From contig JBMOHF010000002.1 of assembly GCA_049317985.1 (NCBI GenBank), positions 29,752-93,751 on the forward strand: a DNA stretch of 64,000 bases. Direction: 5' to 3'. A program made the position numbers and the translations under genes. This DNA comes from Patescibacteria group bacterium. GTDB lineage: Bacteria > Patescibacteriota > Patescibacteriia > Patescibacteriales > UBA12465. Positions 40,399 through 49,983 of the stretch are shown in pieces (within the stretch, counting starts at the first letter, position 1; each line of letters begins with the position of its first letter). The notes under the pieces were generated by a model. That model saw only the letters and a list, made by a program, of their open reading frames with translations. It did not search any database and was not told the origin of the DNA.

Positions 40399-40488
40399 AG
40401 TTTTTTAAAATATAATTCGGCGTAAAACTATGGCTAATTGACTCAAAATACCATAATTATTGGCCTAGTTGATGACCTCAAAACATGA

Positions 40489-42588
40489 CTATTCAATCAC
40501 AATCCTAGCATCCAGAACCTTCACTCCCTTGCCAACTTCGAGAGCTAGTAATGGATTGATGTCTAATTCTTTGATCTCCGGAAAATCTTCTAATAATTTA
40601 GCTAGATGCAAAACTGCTTCAACAACGGCTTCAAGGCCCGCTGGCTTGGCGCCTCGTACCCCAGCTAACATTTTCTTGGACTTCAGTGATCCAAGCATTA
40701 CTAAGACATCTTCCCGGCTCAAAGGATTCAAACCAAAAGCGACATCTTTCAATACTTCCACGAATATTCCCCCGAGTCCCACCATAATCATATTTCCAAA
40801 AGAAGGATCTTTAATTCCTCCAAGAATTAATTCCACGCCAGAATCAATAATCATTTCTTCCAAAAGTACTCCTTCTAGTTTCGCTTCGGGACGATTCTTT
40901 GTCACACGAGCCATTAAGATCTCAAATTTGTCACCCGCTTCTTCTGGTAAAATATTCAAAGAAATTCCCCCAGCATCACTCTTGTGTAAAATATCTTGGG
41001 AAACAATTTTCATGACGGTTTTTACACCAAATTCTTTCGCAATCGCTTCAGCCTCTTCCCTAGTTTTGGCAACCCGGCCCTTTAAGACTGGTAAACCATA
41101 GGCTTCCAAAACCGCCAGCGCCCGCGCCTCGGGAAACGATAATAAACCGGCTTGTCTGGCTTCAGCAAAAATTTTTGCCACCGCTTCTCGGTTCACGTCT
41201 TTAATTTCTGGAATCACCCCAATCGGCAAAGAAGCGTGTTCAAAAAAGTTGTTCAAGATGTCGAGCGCCTTCACTGCCTCTTCAGGATAGGAGAAAGCAG
41301 CAACACCAGAATTCTTTAAAATTGTTATTCCTGGCAAAACAAGTTCTTCACCCATAAAGGCGGCGGCCACTGGTTTACCAAATTTATTTTTGGCGGCCAC
41401 TAAGGCGTTTGCTGTCTCTTCAATTTCGGTCATTGCCTGAGGAGTGAGAATTAACAAAACTGAATCAACATTTTGATCAGACAACACCGCGTCTAGAGCG
41501 GCGCGATATCTGTCGGCCATTGCATCGCCAATAATATCGATTGGGTTGTGGAGATTTGCTGAGGCCGGCAAAGCGGCGACTAATTTCGCTGTTGTTTCTG
41601 GCGATAATACTGCCGGCACTAAACCATCTTCCACGACGGCATCAATGGCCAAAACACCTGGCCCGCCAGCATTGGTGATGATTGCTAAATTTTTTGCACT
41701 CTTAATCGGATTAGCACTAAATATTTTTATATAATTAAACAACTCATTAACACTATCAGCCCGAATTACTCCGCTCTGACGAAACAAGGCCTCATAAGCT
41801 GCATCGTTTCCCGCCAATGCACCAGTGTGTGACGCGGATGCTCCGGCGCCTGCACCAGTCCGACCAGACTTTAAAGCAATAATCGGTTTGGGATTTGCTC
41901 CAGTAGTAATTTTTCTGATAATTGCCATTAGTGGTTCGGGATCACTCAATTGCTCAACATACATCGCAATCACTTTTGTATCGGCATCTTCGGCCAAATA
42001 TTCCAAAATAGCTACTTCACTAATCACGGCCTTGTTCCCCACGCTCATAAATTTGGAAAAACCGATCCCCATCTCTTTGGCACAATCAAGAATAGCCGTG
42101 CACAAGGCGCCACTTTGCGAAATAAAAGCCACCGAGCCAACTGGTGGCATCACCGCCGCGAAAGAAGCGTTCAATTGCAAGGCTGGGTTAATTATTCCAA
42201 GACAATTTGGACCAATCAAAGCGATATCATATTTTTCACAAATCTTTTTCACTTCATCCTCCAGTTCAGAATGACCAGATTCTTTGAAGCCTGCCGAGAT
42301 AATAATTGCGCCTTTAATCCCCAAAGATCCGCCTTCCTCCATAATTGCCGGGACAATGGCAGCTGGGACGACAACAATCATTAAATCAATTTTTTGGCCG
42401 ATAGCGGTCAATGTTGGAAAGCACGGTAAACCATAAAGTTCTGTCGCCTTCGGATTGACTGGAAAAATATGGCCCGAAAAACCGGCCGTAAGATTTTTGA
42501 CAATTTCATTTCCAACACTATGTTCCTTAGTTGAAGCACCGACAATGGCGACACTTTTTGGTTTAAAGATGGCGTCTAAATTTTTCAT
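40489..42588 (-). CDS. acd: acetate--CoA ligase (ADP-forming), fused alpha/beta subunits
   Basis: N-terminal CoA-binding domain (SVAIVGAS...VNPK), succinyl-CoA-synthetase-like flavodoxin domain and a C-terminal ATP-grasp domain; 699 aa. Confidence 0.85.
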   Translation of the reverse strand: MKNLDAIFKPKSVAIVGASTKEHSVGNEIVKNLTAGFSGHIFPVNPKATELYGLPCFPTLTAIGQKIDLMIVVVPAAIVPAIMEEGGSLGIKGAIIISAGFKESGHSELEDEVKKICEKYDIALIGPNCLGIINPALQLNASFAAVMPPVGSVAFISQSGALCTAILDCAKEMGIGFSKFMSVGNKAVISEVAILEYLAEDADTKVIAMYVEQLSDPEPLMAIIRKITTGANPKPIIALKSGRTGAGAGASASHTGALAGNDAAYEALFRQSGVIRADSVNELFNYIKIFSANPIKSAKNLAIITNAGGPGVLAIDAVVEDGLVPAVLSPETTAKLVAALPASANLHNPIDIIGDAMADRYRAALDAVLSDQNVDSVLLILTPQAMTEIEETANALVAAKNKFGKPVAAAFMGEELVLPGITILKNSGVAAFSYPEEAVKALDILNNFFEHASLPIGVIPEIKDVNREAVAKIFAEARQAGLLSFPEARALAVLEAYGLPVLKGRVAKTREEAEAIAKEFGVKTVMKIVSQDILHKSDAGGISLNILPEEAGDKFEILMARVTKNRPEAKLEGVLLEEMIIDSGVELILGGIKDPSFGNMIMVGLGGIFVEVLKDVAFGLNPLSREDVLVMLGSLKSKKMLAGVRGAKPAGLEAVVEAVLHLAKLLEDFPEIKELDINPLLALEVGKGVKVLDARIVIE

Positions 42589-42602
42589 AAATATTTTTTA
42601 TT

Positions 42603-43340
42603 TTATAGCGATAATTCTTTAATATAAACACTCTTACAAAAATCAGCTAAAATATTTTTACTAGCGACTAATTGTTCATTGGTGGTTGGCTTTACGCCTT
42701 CTAATTTATACGGCAAACCGAGTTTTTTATATTTAGATATTCCTAGTTCGTGATATGGCAAAAGTTCCAAACGCTCAAGATTTTTTAATTTTCCGCAGAA
42801 AGCACCGAGCTTTTCTAAATCCTCTCTATCGTCGGTCCAACCGGATACCAAGACATAACGAATCCAGAATGGTTTTCCCAAGCGATCATATTCTTCAATG
42901 TTTTCAATAACCGCTAGATTGCTTGCTCCAGTTAATTCACGATGTTTTTTCCCATCAATCTGCTTGATGTCAAAAATCACCAAATCGGCCAGTGCCAATA
43001 GTTTCTTTGATTCGGGCGTCCAAATACTCCCATTGGTATCTAAAACTGTGTTAAAGCCAAGTTTTTTGACGCTTTCAAACAATGGTAATAATTTTTTGGT
43101 TTGCAGTAATGGTTCACCACCAGAGATACTCAAACCACCACCGCTAGTGAAATATGGCCTTTGCTCTTCTAGTAAATTAATAATTTGCTCCGCCGAATAA
43201 TCTTTACCGCCAGATTGCTCAATAGTGTCGGGGTTATGACAATAAGCACAGCGAAAATTACAACCTTGGAGAAATAGTACAAGGCGGATACCTGGTCCTT
43301 CATGGGTTCCGAAGGTCTCAATTGAGTGAATTCTAAGCAT
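42603..43340 (-). CDS. pflA: pyruvate formate-lyase activating enzyme (glycyl-radical activase, radical SAM)
   Basis: CNFRCAYCHNPDT CxxxCxxC radical-SAM cluster motif plus a GGEPLLQ motif; 245 aa. Confidence 0.9.
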   Translation of the reverse strand: MLRIHSIETFGTHEGPGIRLVLFLQGCNFRCAYCHNPDTIEQSGGKDYSAEQIINLLEEQRPYFTSGGGLSISGGEPLLQTKKLLPLFESVKKLGFNTVLDTNGSIWTPESKKLLALADLVIFDIKQIDGKKHRELTGASNLAVIENIEEYDRLGKPFWIRYVLVSGWTDDREDLEKLGAFCGKLKNLERLELLPYHELGISKYKKLGLPYKLEGVKPTTNEQLVASKNILADFCKSVYIKELSL

Positions 43341-43354
43341 TTACGTAATATTAG

Positions 43355-43426
43355 TGTCTCTACCCCGATTCGAACGGGGATTACCGGCTTCGGAGGCCAG
43401 CGTTCTATCCATTAAACTATAAAGAC
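43355..43426 (-). tRNA. tRNA-Arg (anticodon CCG)
   Basis: Folded by eye: acceptor GUCUUUA/UAGAGAC, U8, D-arm GUUU/GAAC, anticodon stem CUGGC/GCCGG with loop CUCCGAA, T-arm CCCCG-UUCGAAU-CGGGG, discriminator A73. Confidence 0.8.
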
Positions 43427-43526
43427 CAAGCTTTTATCCTTCTATTATACTGGAAATATCGACTGCTGGCAAAGCCAATAAAAAAGGAGTTCGCAATAAA
43501 CTTGCCAACTCCAACGATTCTTTTCC

Positions 43527-43979
43527 TTATTTTTTTTGTATTTTTAAACTAATGCAATTACCAATTGGTAAACTAATCACATGTGTGCGACTGGAGGCAA
43601 TGAAATTAAAGCGACCAGACTCCCAGGATGGGTTAGTTTTCATCAAACGAACTAGCTCGTCAGAGGTGATTGCCAAAGAAATAACATTTTTCTTGATAAA
43701 AGTATGGGAAAGATTAATAATGCCAATCTTTTCCCGAGAAACCTTGGTACTTTTGGTAAATCCAAGGAATCCCTTAATCTTAGTTACCATGAGAAATTCT
43801 GCTTCACAATTCAAGTTTTCACCGATTAAATGCGGGAAGACTTGGCTCCAGAAGGATTCATTTGGCACATTGCATTCGGCTAATTCAACAAATAAATAGT
43901 CGTTATTATCCTTAACTAACTCACAGGTTGTTCCTGAATTAAGGATTAGTTCCCTCACCATCTTGTTAATTTTTTCCAT
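43527..43979 (-). CDS. hypothetical protein
   Basis: 150-aa ORF with no recognisable motif. Confidence 0.4.
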   Translation of the reverse strand: MEKINKMVRELILNSGTTCELVKDNNDYLFVELAECNVPNESFWSQVFPHLIGENLNCEAEFLMVTKIKGFLGFTKSTKVSREKIGIINLSHTFIKKNVISLAITSDELVRLMKTNPSWESGRFNFIASSRTHVISLPIGNCISLKIQKK

Positions 43980-44136
43980 TTTTCCTTTTTTATTATAGTG
44001 ATTATCTAGTTTTTAGTTATTTTAAAAGACAAAAATACTAAACTCAATAAAGAGATTAGTATTTGAATTTAACATAATATACCAATGATTGTCAACAAGG
44101 AACCAAACTTGCCTTGGCGAGAAATAATTTAAAAAT

Positions 44137-47100
44137 CTATTGACCAATTAATTTATTGGCCTTAGCTTTTGTGGCTAAACCAAAAATTCCATAGCCATAA
44201 ATTTTTGGTGAAGTGATTTTGTATTTTAATTGAAATTTTTCTACCGCCACCCTAGTTTGAGCGCCGTAAAAAGAGGTTGTTGCATCTTGGGCCAATAAAC
44301 CTTGAGCGACTAAGAAATTTTGTAGTTTCTTTACTTCCCCGTTTTTGTTACCAGGAGAAAGAGTTGTTTTAATTAATTCTAATTTTATTGGGCTACTTGA
44401 AGCAATAATAACTGGCGCCTCACTGATTGGAGCAACAATTTTTGGGACCTCAACTTCACTAGTAAGATTTTTATTAAATTCATTAATTAAATCATTAACC
44501 TTTTTCTTAGTGGCCAAACCAAAGATTCCATAACCATAAATCTTTGGCGAAATTATTTTGTATTTCAATTGAAATTTCTCAACTGCCGCTCTCGTTTGAG
44601 CGCCATAAAATGAAGTAGCGGCATCTTGAGTCAAAAGACCCTGAGAAATCAAGAAATTTTGCAGTTTCTTCACTTCCGCATTTTTGTTACCAGATATTAA
44701 AGAAGTTTTAACTAATTCTAATTTTATTCGGCTACTTGGTTTTTTATCAAATAATTCGTTCTCATCAACATCACCAACATAGAAACCTGGAATAGTGCTA
44801 GTAGAAATCAGATCGGAGCTGGTAGACAATTGCGTATTTTCACTTGATGTTCCGATTAAATTAATCTTGGCTGTTAAAATTTCTGAATAATAATTGTAAA
44901 AATTCGCAAATTTTAAATAGAGATTTTTCTCCCCCAAATTATTAGCTGTCTGAAAAATCGTGGAAGTGGTGTAAGCGCGAAGAATGGCGCCAGAAAAATT
45001 CTGATTTTCGGAAATTAAATAAGCACTCGCGTCAGGGCCACCATCGAGAGAAATAATAAATTTATTTGAATTAGTGCTAGGTGCTCCATTATTGACTAAG
45101 AATTTAAATTGGCCACCGATTGGTTTTCGCAGGAGAGAATAATTGATTGATGGACCACCGCCCCCACCGCCACCACTGGTCACCGTTGGTGTGGCGGGAA
45201 CAGGACAACCGGTCGTTGAAAAAGTCTGATCACTACTAGTGCTATGATTTCCTAGAGAGTCATAGGCAGATAACTGATAATGATAAGTTGTGCAAGATAA
45301 TAAATTTTGCAGATTCTCAGAATGGTTAAGAACTAACACACTAGCATCTTTCAATACACTGCTGGAGCCATAACTATTGGTCAGTCCGTAATTAACTTCC
45401 GTACTTGAAAGTGAACCGGTTTTCCAACTAATAACCGCGTTAGAGGGATAGCTTGTTGAACTCTGGTCAGAAAAAACTGACCCGCCTAAAGTAGATGTTC
45501 CGCTTTCACTAAAAGCACCATCTCCAACACCATTAACTGCTCCGACGCGAAAAGCATAAGAGACTCCACTAGTTAAGCCAGTAACGGATATCGAGCTACT
45601 GGAAGTGGTAGCTAAGGGCAACCAAATATAGGAATCAAAAGGATAGGAAAATTGCGTGTGATATTCTAATTGATACATAGTAACTGGCAAGCCATTACCA
45701 GTTGGCGCTTGCCAATTTAAATTAAAAACATTCCCATCAACAGCAACAACCAAATTAGCTGGTACTCCTGGGAAAGTAGCAGGCACAACCAAAGAAGATG
45801 TTTGTCCGCGAGAACTGTCACCCACTTCATTAGTGGCTACCACAAAAAAATTATAACTAGTTCCATTAGTTAGCCCGGTGACCGTGATTGGTGAGGAAGA
45901 ACCGGTTGCGGTGAAGTTTCCGGGCTCAGATACAATCGAGTAGGACGTTATTGCTGACCCTCCGTTACTTCCGGGAGGAGAAAAAGCCACGCTCGCTTGA
46001 CCATTGCCTCGTGTTGCCACAACATTGGTCGGAGCACTAGGAACGGTGAGAGGAATAACTGCCGAAGATGTGGCGCTAAAAGGTCCGGTACCAACAGAAT
46101 TGATTGCCGCAACTCGAAAAGTATAACTAGTTCCATTAGTTAGCCCGGTGACCGTGATTGGTGAGGAAGAACCGGTTGCGGTGAAGTTTCCGGGCCCAGA
46201 AATAACCGTGTAGCCAGTAATTGGCGAGCTACCATTTCCATATGGTGAATTAAAAGAAACTGTCGCTTGACCGTTGCCACGCACGACGGAAATGTTTAGC
46301 GGCTCACTGGGCACCTGACAACCAGAAGTTTCAAAAATAGAATCTTGACTAACTATTTTATTTCCTAAATTATCAACATTAATAAATCGATAGTGGTAAT
46401 CCGTGCAAGCAGCTAAGCCGTTGATTGTTGCTTCGTGATCCAAGACAAGGGGTGACAAATCTTTTTCGACCGTCGAAGATCCATAGCTGGGAGTTAAGCC
46501 ATACTCTATTTGGGTAGTTGAATAATAATTTGTACTCCAACCCAAAATAATTCGCCCTGCTGATTGAGATTCGCTGCCAAGATAAACTGGCTGACCATCT
46601 GCTAAAACAGTCACGGGATCGCTATTTGAGCTGGCCCCGACATTGTTGACTGCTCTCACCCGAAAATCGTAGGAAATTCCAGGCGTTAAAAGAGTGGTTG
46701 AGAAGGATGGTGAAAAAACCGTGGCCGGCCAAACATGCCAAGTTGAGCTACCCGTTGTTTTATAATTAATTTCATAATAAGTGATCGACGCACCACCATC
46801 ACTTGGCACATCCCAAGTTAAATCAGTCTGAAAATCTTCACTGGATACGCCAAATAAATTACTTGGAATCCCAGGGACTGTTGCGGGAACAGCGGTTTGT
46901 GGTGAACTTGAAGAACTACTACCGACTTCATTATTCGCTTTAACCGTAAAAGTATAACTGGTACCGTTAGTTAAACCTGCAACTGTGATTGGTGAAGAGG
47001 AACCAGTGGCAGAAATGTTTCCGCTATCAGATGTTACCGTGTAACTAGTTACTGGCAATCCTCCATTATTTAGCGGTGCGGCAAATAAAACTGTTAATTG

Positions 47101-48357
47101 ACCATTGCCCCGCACCAAAGAAACGCCGGTTGGCACATCTGGAACGGTGGCTGGTATTACAGGTGTTGACGATGCGCTTGACGCTCCAGCGCCAACACTA
47201 TTTGCGGCCGAAACCGAGAAAACATAAGATGTTCCATTGGTTAATCCAGTGACAATAATTGGTGAGGAAGAACCAGCGGCAGTAAAGTTCCCGGGTTCGG
47301 AAACAACGGAATATGAAGTTATTGCGGTCCCGCCGTTGCTTTGAGAAGGAGAAAAAGAAATATTTACTTGGCCATTCCCTCGTGTTGCCACAACATTGGT
47401 CGGTGCACTTGGAGTAGTAAGAGGGACAACTGCTGAAGAGGTGGCACTATAAGGTCCAGCACCGACAGAGTTAAGCGCAGCGACTCGAAAAGAATAACTA
47501 GTTCCATTAGTTAATCCGGTGACCGTGATTGGTGAGGAAGAACCAGTAGCCGTAATGTTCCCTGGCTCGGAAATAATCGTATAGCCAGTAATCGGCGAAC
47601 TGCCGTTAGCATACGGTGGAGTAAACGAAACCGTCGCCTGACCATTACCCCCAACCACTTCGATATTAGTTGGCTCACTAGGTGTTGTACAACCAAGGGT
47701 GGTAACGTAATTATTGGAATCAACATCGTGCACACTGTTGCCAAGACTATCAGTTCCTAAAATTTTAAAATTATAAGTAGTACAAGGAGCTAAGTCCGTG
47801 ATAACTTGCTGGTGTTCCGTAACCATTGGGTTAAGATCCTTTTCAACCGTAGTGGATCCATACGCTGTGGTTAAACCATATCCAACCTGAGTTGTGGAAT
47901 AAGAACTCGTGTTCCAAAAAAGAGTAATCTGAGAAGCGGATTGTGAAATACCGCTGATATAGGCTTGAACAACATTAAACGAAATGGTTATTGCTTGGCT
48001 AGCTGGGCCTGTGCCAATTTCGTTCCGCGCGCGAATCTTAAAGTCATAAGAATGGCCTGACGCAAAAAGGTTGGAAGACCACGAAGTAAAGGCTGGATGT
48101 TCTTGCCAAATTTCCCAAGTTGAACTACCGGTCAGACGATACTCGATTTGGTAATCAAGTATTTCCGCGCCCCCATTTGCTGGCTCCTCCCAAAGAAGAC
48201 CGATTTCATTATAAGTAGAGAAATCAGACAAACCAAATGGCGCTGAGGGAACAGTCGAACCATCCGCTTTAACTATTGAAACTAACGTTAAAAAATTGCC
48301 AAACAAAAAAACAGGCAAAAGAAAAAGTATGAAAAAGTTGAGAAACTTTTTTGCCAT
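44137..48357 (-). CDS. giant secreted surface protein: signal peptide, two copies of an (FN3 + beta-domain + 3 x FN3) array, poly-Gly linker, and two C-terminal peptidoglycan-binding (PG_binding_1-like) domains
   Basis: 1406 aa. N-terminal signal-like MAKKFLNFFILFLLPVFLFG. Repeated 90-aa FN3 modules (...GNGQATVSF.PPY.NGSSPITGYT..S.PGN.TATGSSSPITVTGLTNGTSY.F.V.A.NSVG...). A GGGGGGG linker. Duplicated C-terminal LQNFL.SQGLL.QDA.TSFYGAQTR.AVEKFQLKYKI segments. Near-identical nucleotide repeats occur inside the gene. Confidence 0.8.
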   Translation of the reverse strand: MAKKFLNFFILFLLPVFLFGNFLTLVSIVKADGSTVPSAPFGLSDFSTYNEIGLLWEEPANGGAEILDYQIEYRLTGSSTWEIWQEHPAFTSWSSNLFASGHSYDFKIRARNEIGTGPASQAITISFNVVQAYISGISQSASQITLFWNTSSYSTTQVGYGLTTAYGSTTVEKDLNPMVTEHQQVITDLAPCTTYNFKILGTDSLGNSVHDVDSNNYVTTLGCTTPSEPTNIEVVGGNGQATVSFTPPYANGSSPITGYTIISEPGNITATGSSSPITVTGLTNGTSYSFRVAALNSVGAGPYSATSSAVVPLTTPSAPTNVVATRGNGQVNISFSPSQSNGGTAITSYSVVSEPGNFTAAGSSSPIIVTGLTNGTSYVFSVSAANSVGAGASSASSTPVIPATVPDVPTGVSLVRGNGQLTVLFAAPLNNGGLPVTSYTVTSDSGNISATGSSSPITVAGLTNGTSYTFTVKANNEVGSSSSSSPQTAVPATVPGIPSNLFGVSSEDFQTDLTWDVPSDGGASITYYEINYKTTGSSTWHVWPATVFSPSFSTTLLTPGISYDFRVRAVNNVGASSNSDPVTVLADGQPVYLGSESQSAGRIILGWSTNYYSTTQIEYGLTPSYGSSTVEKDLSPLVLDHEATINGLAACTDYHYRFINVDNLGNKIVSQDSIFETSGCQVPSEPLNISVVRGNGQATVSFNSPYGNGSSPITGYTVISGPGNFTATGSSSPITVTGLTNGTSYTFRVAAINSVGTGPFSATSSAVIPLTVPSAPTNVVATRGNGQASVAFSPPGSNGGSAITSYSIVSEPGNFTATGSSSPITVTGLTNGTSYNFFVVATNEVGDSSRGQTSSLVVPATFPGVPANLVVAVDGNVFNLNWQAPTGNGLPVTMYQLEYHTQFSYPFDSYIWLPLATTSSSSISVTGLTSGVSYAFRVGAVNGVGDGAFSESGTSTLGGSVFSDQSSTSYPSNAVISWKTGSLSSTEVNYGLTNSYGSSSVLKDASVLVLNHSENLQNLLSCTTYHYQLSAYDSLGNHSTSSDQTFSTTGCPVPATPTVTSGGGGGGGPSINYSLLRKPIGGQFKFLVNNGAPSTNSNKFIISLDGGPDASAYLISENQNFSGAILRAYTTSTIFQTANNLGEKNLYLKFANFYNYYSEILTAKINLIGTSSENTQLSTSSDLISTSTIPGFYVGDVDENELFDKKPSSRIKLELVKTSLISGNKNAEVKKLQNFLISQGLLTQDAATSFYGAQTRAAVEKFQLKYKIISPKIYGYGIFGLATKKKVNDLINEFNKNLTSEVEVPKIVAPISEAPVIIASSSPIKLELIKTTLSPGNKNGEVKKLQNFLVAQGLLAQDATTSFYGAQTRVAVEKFQLKYKITSPKIYGYGIFGLATKAKANKLIGQ

Positions 48358-48620
48358 TTCAATAATATTTATAATTATATTAATAATATTATAGCATAAA
48401 AAAATGATTAACTACTAGAGAAATTCCGTCTATTAAAAGATCCTAGGGAAAAGCTTTAAATCTCAAAAAGAGCCAACGCTTTATACTTGGGCCTTCTATT
48501 TTATATTGGTAGAGAGGAGCGTGGTTGGAAAGGTAATATTGAAATAATTAGATAAAAGAAAAAGCACCTCTAGCTTGGGGTGCTCCTTTAAATTGATAAT
48601 TCTAAATATTTTAATAATTG

Positions 48621-49040
48621 TTATTTCAACCATTCCGGGTTTTCTCTTAAAACCCTTTCATAAATTTTTTGACATTCTTCAAGAAGTGCATGAAATAGCG
48701 TTTCTCCTTCATGAATATTAAGAAATTCACGTTGTTTTTCACATCTATCCCAAAATTCAACTGGTTCAAGACTGACTATCATTTTTTTCCAATCTTCAGG
48801 ATTGGACAAATCAACAGTTACTCCGTCAGGACAAGTAAGAGCGGGAGAATAATGCTGCCCGTGAATCACAAATATTGTTTCCCTTCCTAAGGTTTTGTCG
48901 GTAACTTTTACTGCAGCAAGTCCTGCCTGCACAGAAGGCTTTTCATTTTTAAAGTAGTTATCATTAAAGTTTGATAACACTTGGATGATTAGGTTTGGAT
49001 TAACCTGAAAAAAACTAAATTTTTGAAGTTCTTCGTCCAT
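48621..49040 (-). CDS. hypothetical protein
   Basis: 139-aa ORF with no recognisable motif. Confidence 0.4.
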   Translation of the reverse strand: MDEELQKFSFFQVNPNLIIQVLSNFNDNYFKNEKPSVQAGLAAVKVTDKTLGRETIFVIHGQHYSPALTCPDGVTVDLSNPEDWKKMIVSLEPVEFWDRCEKQREFLNIHEGETLFHALLEECQKIYERVLRENPEWLK

Positions 49041-49287
49041 TGTATATTTTTTTGAGATGATTATTGATTTGATTAATTACTAAACCCACCTATTTCTAGA
49101 CGATTTTGGTAATTAATCAAATCTAATATTATTTTTAAATGTTCTATTTTAATGATTAAATGATAGCATAATATATATAATATGTCAATTAGTAGACAAG
49201 ACGGCTTATTCTGGAATGGCTACTATTTATATAAATATTAGATAAAATATATTATTATTGGGTAGAGTCTTTGATTGCTCTATCCAA

Positions 49288-49320
49288 CAAAAAATAAGCT
49301 AGTAATAGCTTATTTTTGTT
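49288..49320. terminator. bidirectional hairpin terminator
   Basis: Perfect 11-bp inverted repeat AAAATAAGCTA-GTAA-TAGCTTATTTT with T-rich flanks on both strands. Confidence 0.5.
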
Positions 49321-49323
49321 AGT

Positions 49324-49338
49324 GCGGAGAGTAAGGGA
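49324..49338 (-). repeat. 15-nt direct repeat of the tRNA-Ser 3' end (distal att-like copy)
   Basis: GCGGAGAGTAAGGGA identical to 49897..49911 inside tRNA-Ser. Confidence 0.7.
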
Positions 49339-49395
49339 CAGTAAGTATATAAAAAAGCCCTTCAAAGTGAAGAGCTGTGCTGAGAACATTATTAT

Positions 49396-49626
49396 TTACA
49401 TCTTGATTTTCTGCATTTTTTTTCCAATAACCATTGAGATCATTGATATCGCTAAAAACGATGTCATGACGAAAAAATACATATTTCCGAAATCTCTTGG
49501 AAGCTTAGGCCCAAAAAGCGCAAAAGCAACAAAGACAAATGCAATAATTAGCAAAACAAGATAGCTGATTACGCCAAATTTTAGATATCTATTTGGCCAA
49601 TCCAACAAAATTATAATGAGTACCAT
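49396..49626 (-). CDS. small hypothetical membrane protein
   Basis: 76 aa with two hydrophobic helices; lies between tRNA-Ser 3'-end repeats. Coding status uncertain. Confidence 0.3.
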   Translation of the reverse strand: MVLIIILLDWPNRYLKFGVISYLVLLIIAFVFVAFALFGPKLPRDFGNMYFFVMTSFLAISMISMVIGKKMQKIKM

Positions 49627-49716
49627 AATTAAACCTCCTATTATGTTAAATTAAATGATTGTTTTTTAAAGTCCTGAATACAAAAAAAATCTACCACCTG
49701 GACATTATTTTGTCAA

Positions 49717-49735
49717 TTGGCGGAGAGTAAGGGAT
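49717..49735 (-). repeat. 19-nt direct repeat of the tRNA-Ser 3' end (proximal att-like copy)
   Basis: TTGGCGGAGAGTAAGGGAT identical to 49895..49913, i.e. the CCA/discriminator, 3' acceptor stem and T-stem of tRNA-Ser. Confidence 0.7.
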
Positions 49736-49895
49736 AGCGGGGCGACTTTGTCACCCCTTTTGCCTGCGCCGCTCGGAAACGCTAATTAAAATTAGCGTTT
49801 CTCTCGCTATCCTCGGCAAACGAACCAAAGACTTCTCATTACCTTTCTCACACAACAACAAAAAAAGACTCCACTTACGTGAAGTCATTTTTTGT

Positions 49896-49983
49896 TGGCG
49901 GAGAGTAAGGGATTCGAACCCTTGATACCTTGCGGTATACACGCTTTCCAAGCGGGCGCACTCGACCACTATGCGAACTCTCC
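49896..49983 (-). tRNA. tRNA-Ser (anticodon GGA), class II with long variable arm, CCA encoded
   Basis: Folded by eye: acceptor GGAGAGU/ACUCUCC, anticodon loop UUGGAAA, long variable arm, T-arm AGGGUUCGAAUCCCU, discriminator G73 then CCA. Confidence 0.85.

Noticed and set aside
44137-48357. CRISPR-like periodic repeats suggested by identical 74-nt segments spaced 270 nt apart.
   Set aside because: The periodicity is exactly one FN3 domain (90 codons) inside a continuous 1406-codon ORF. This is protein-domain tandem duplication, not a repeat-spacer array, and no cas genes are present.
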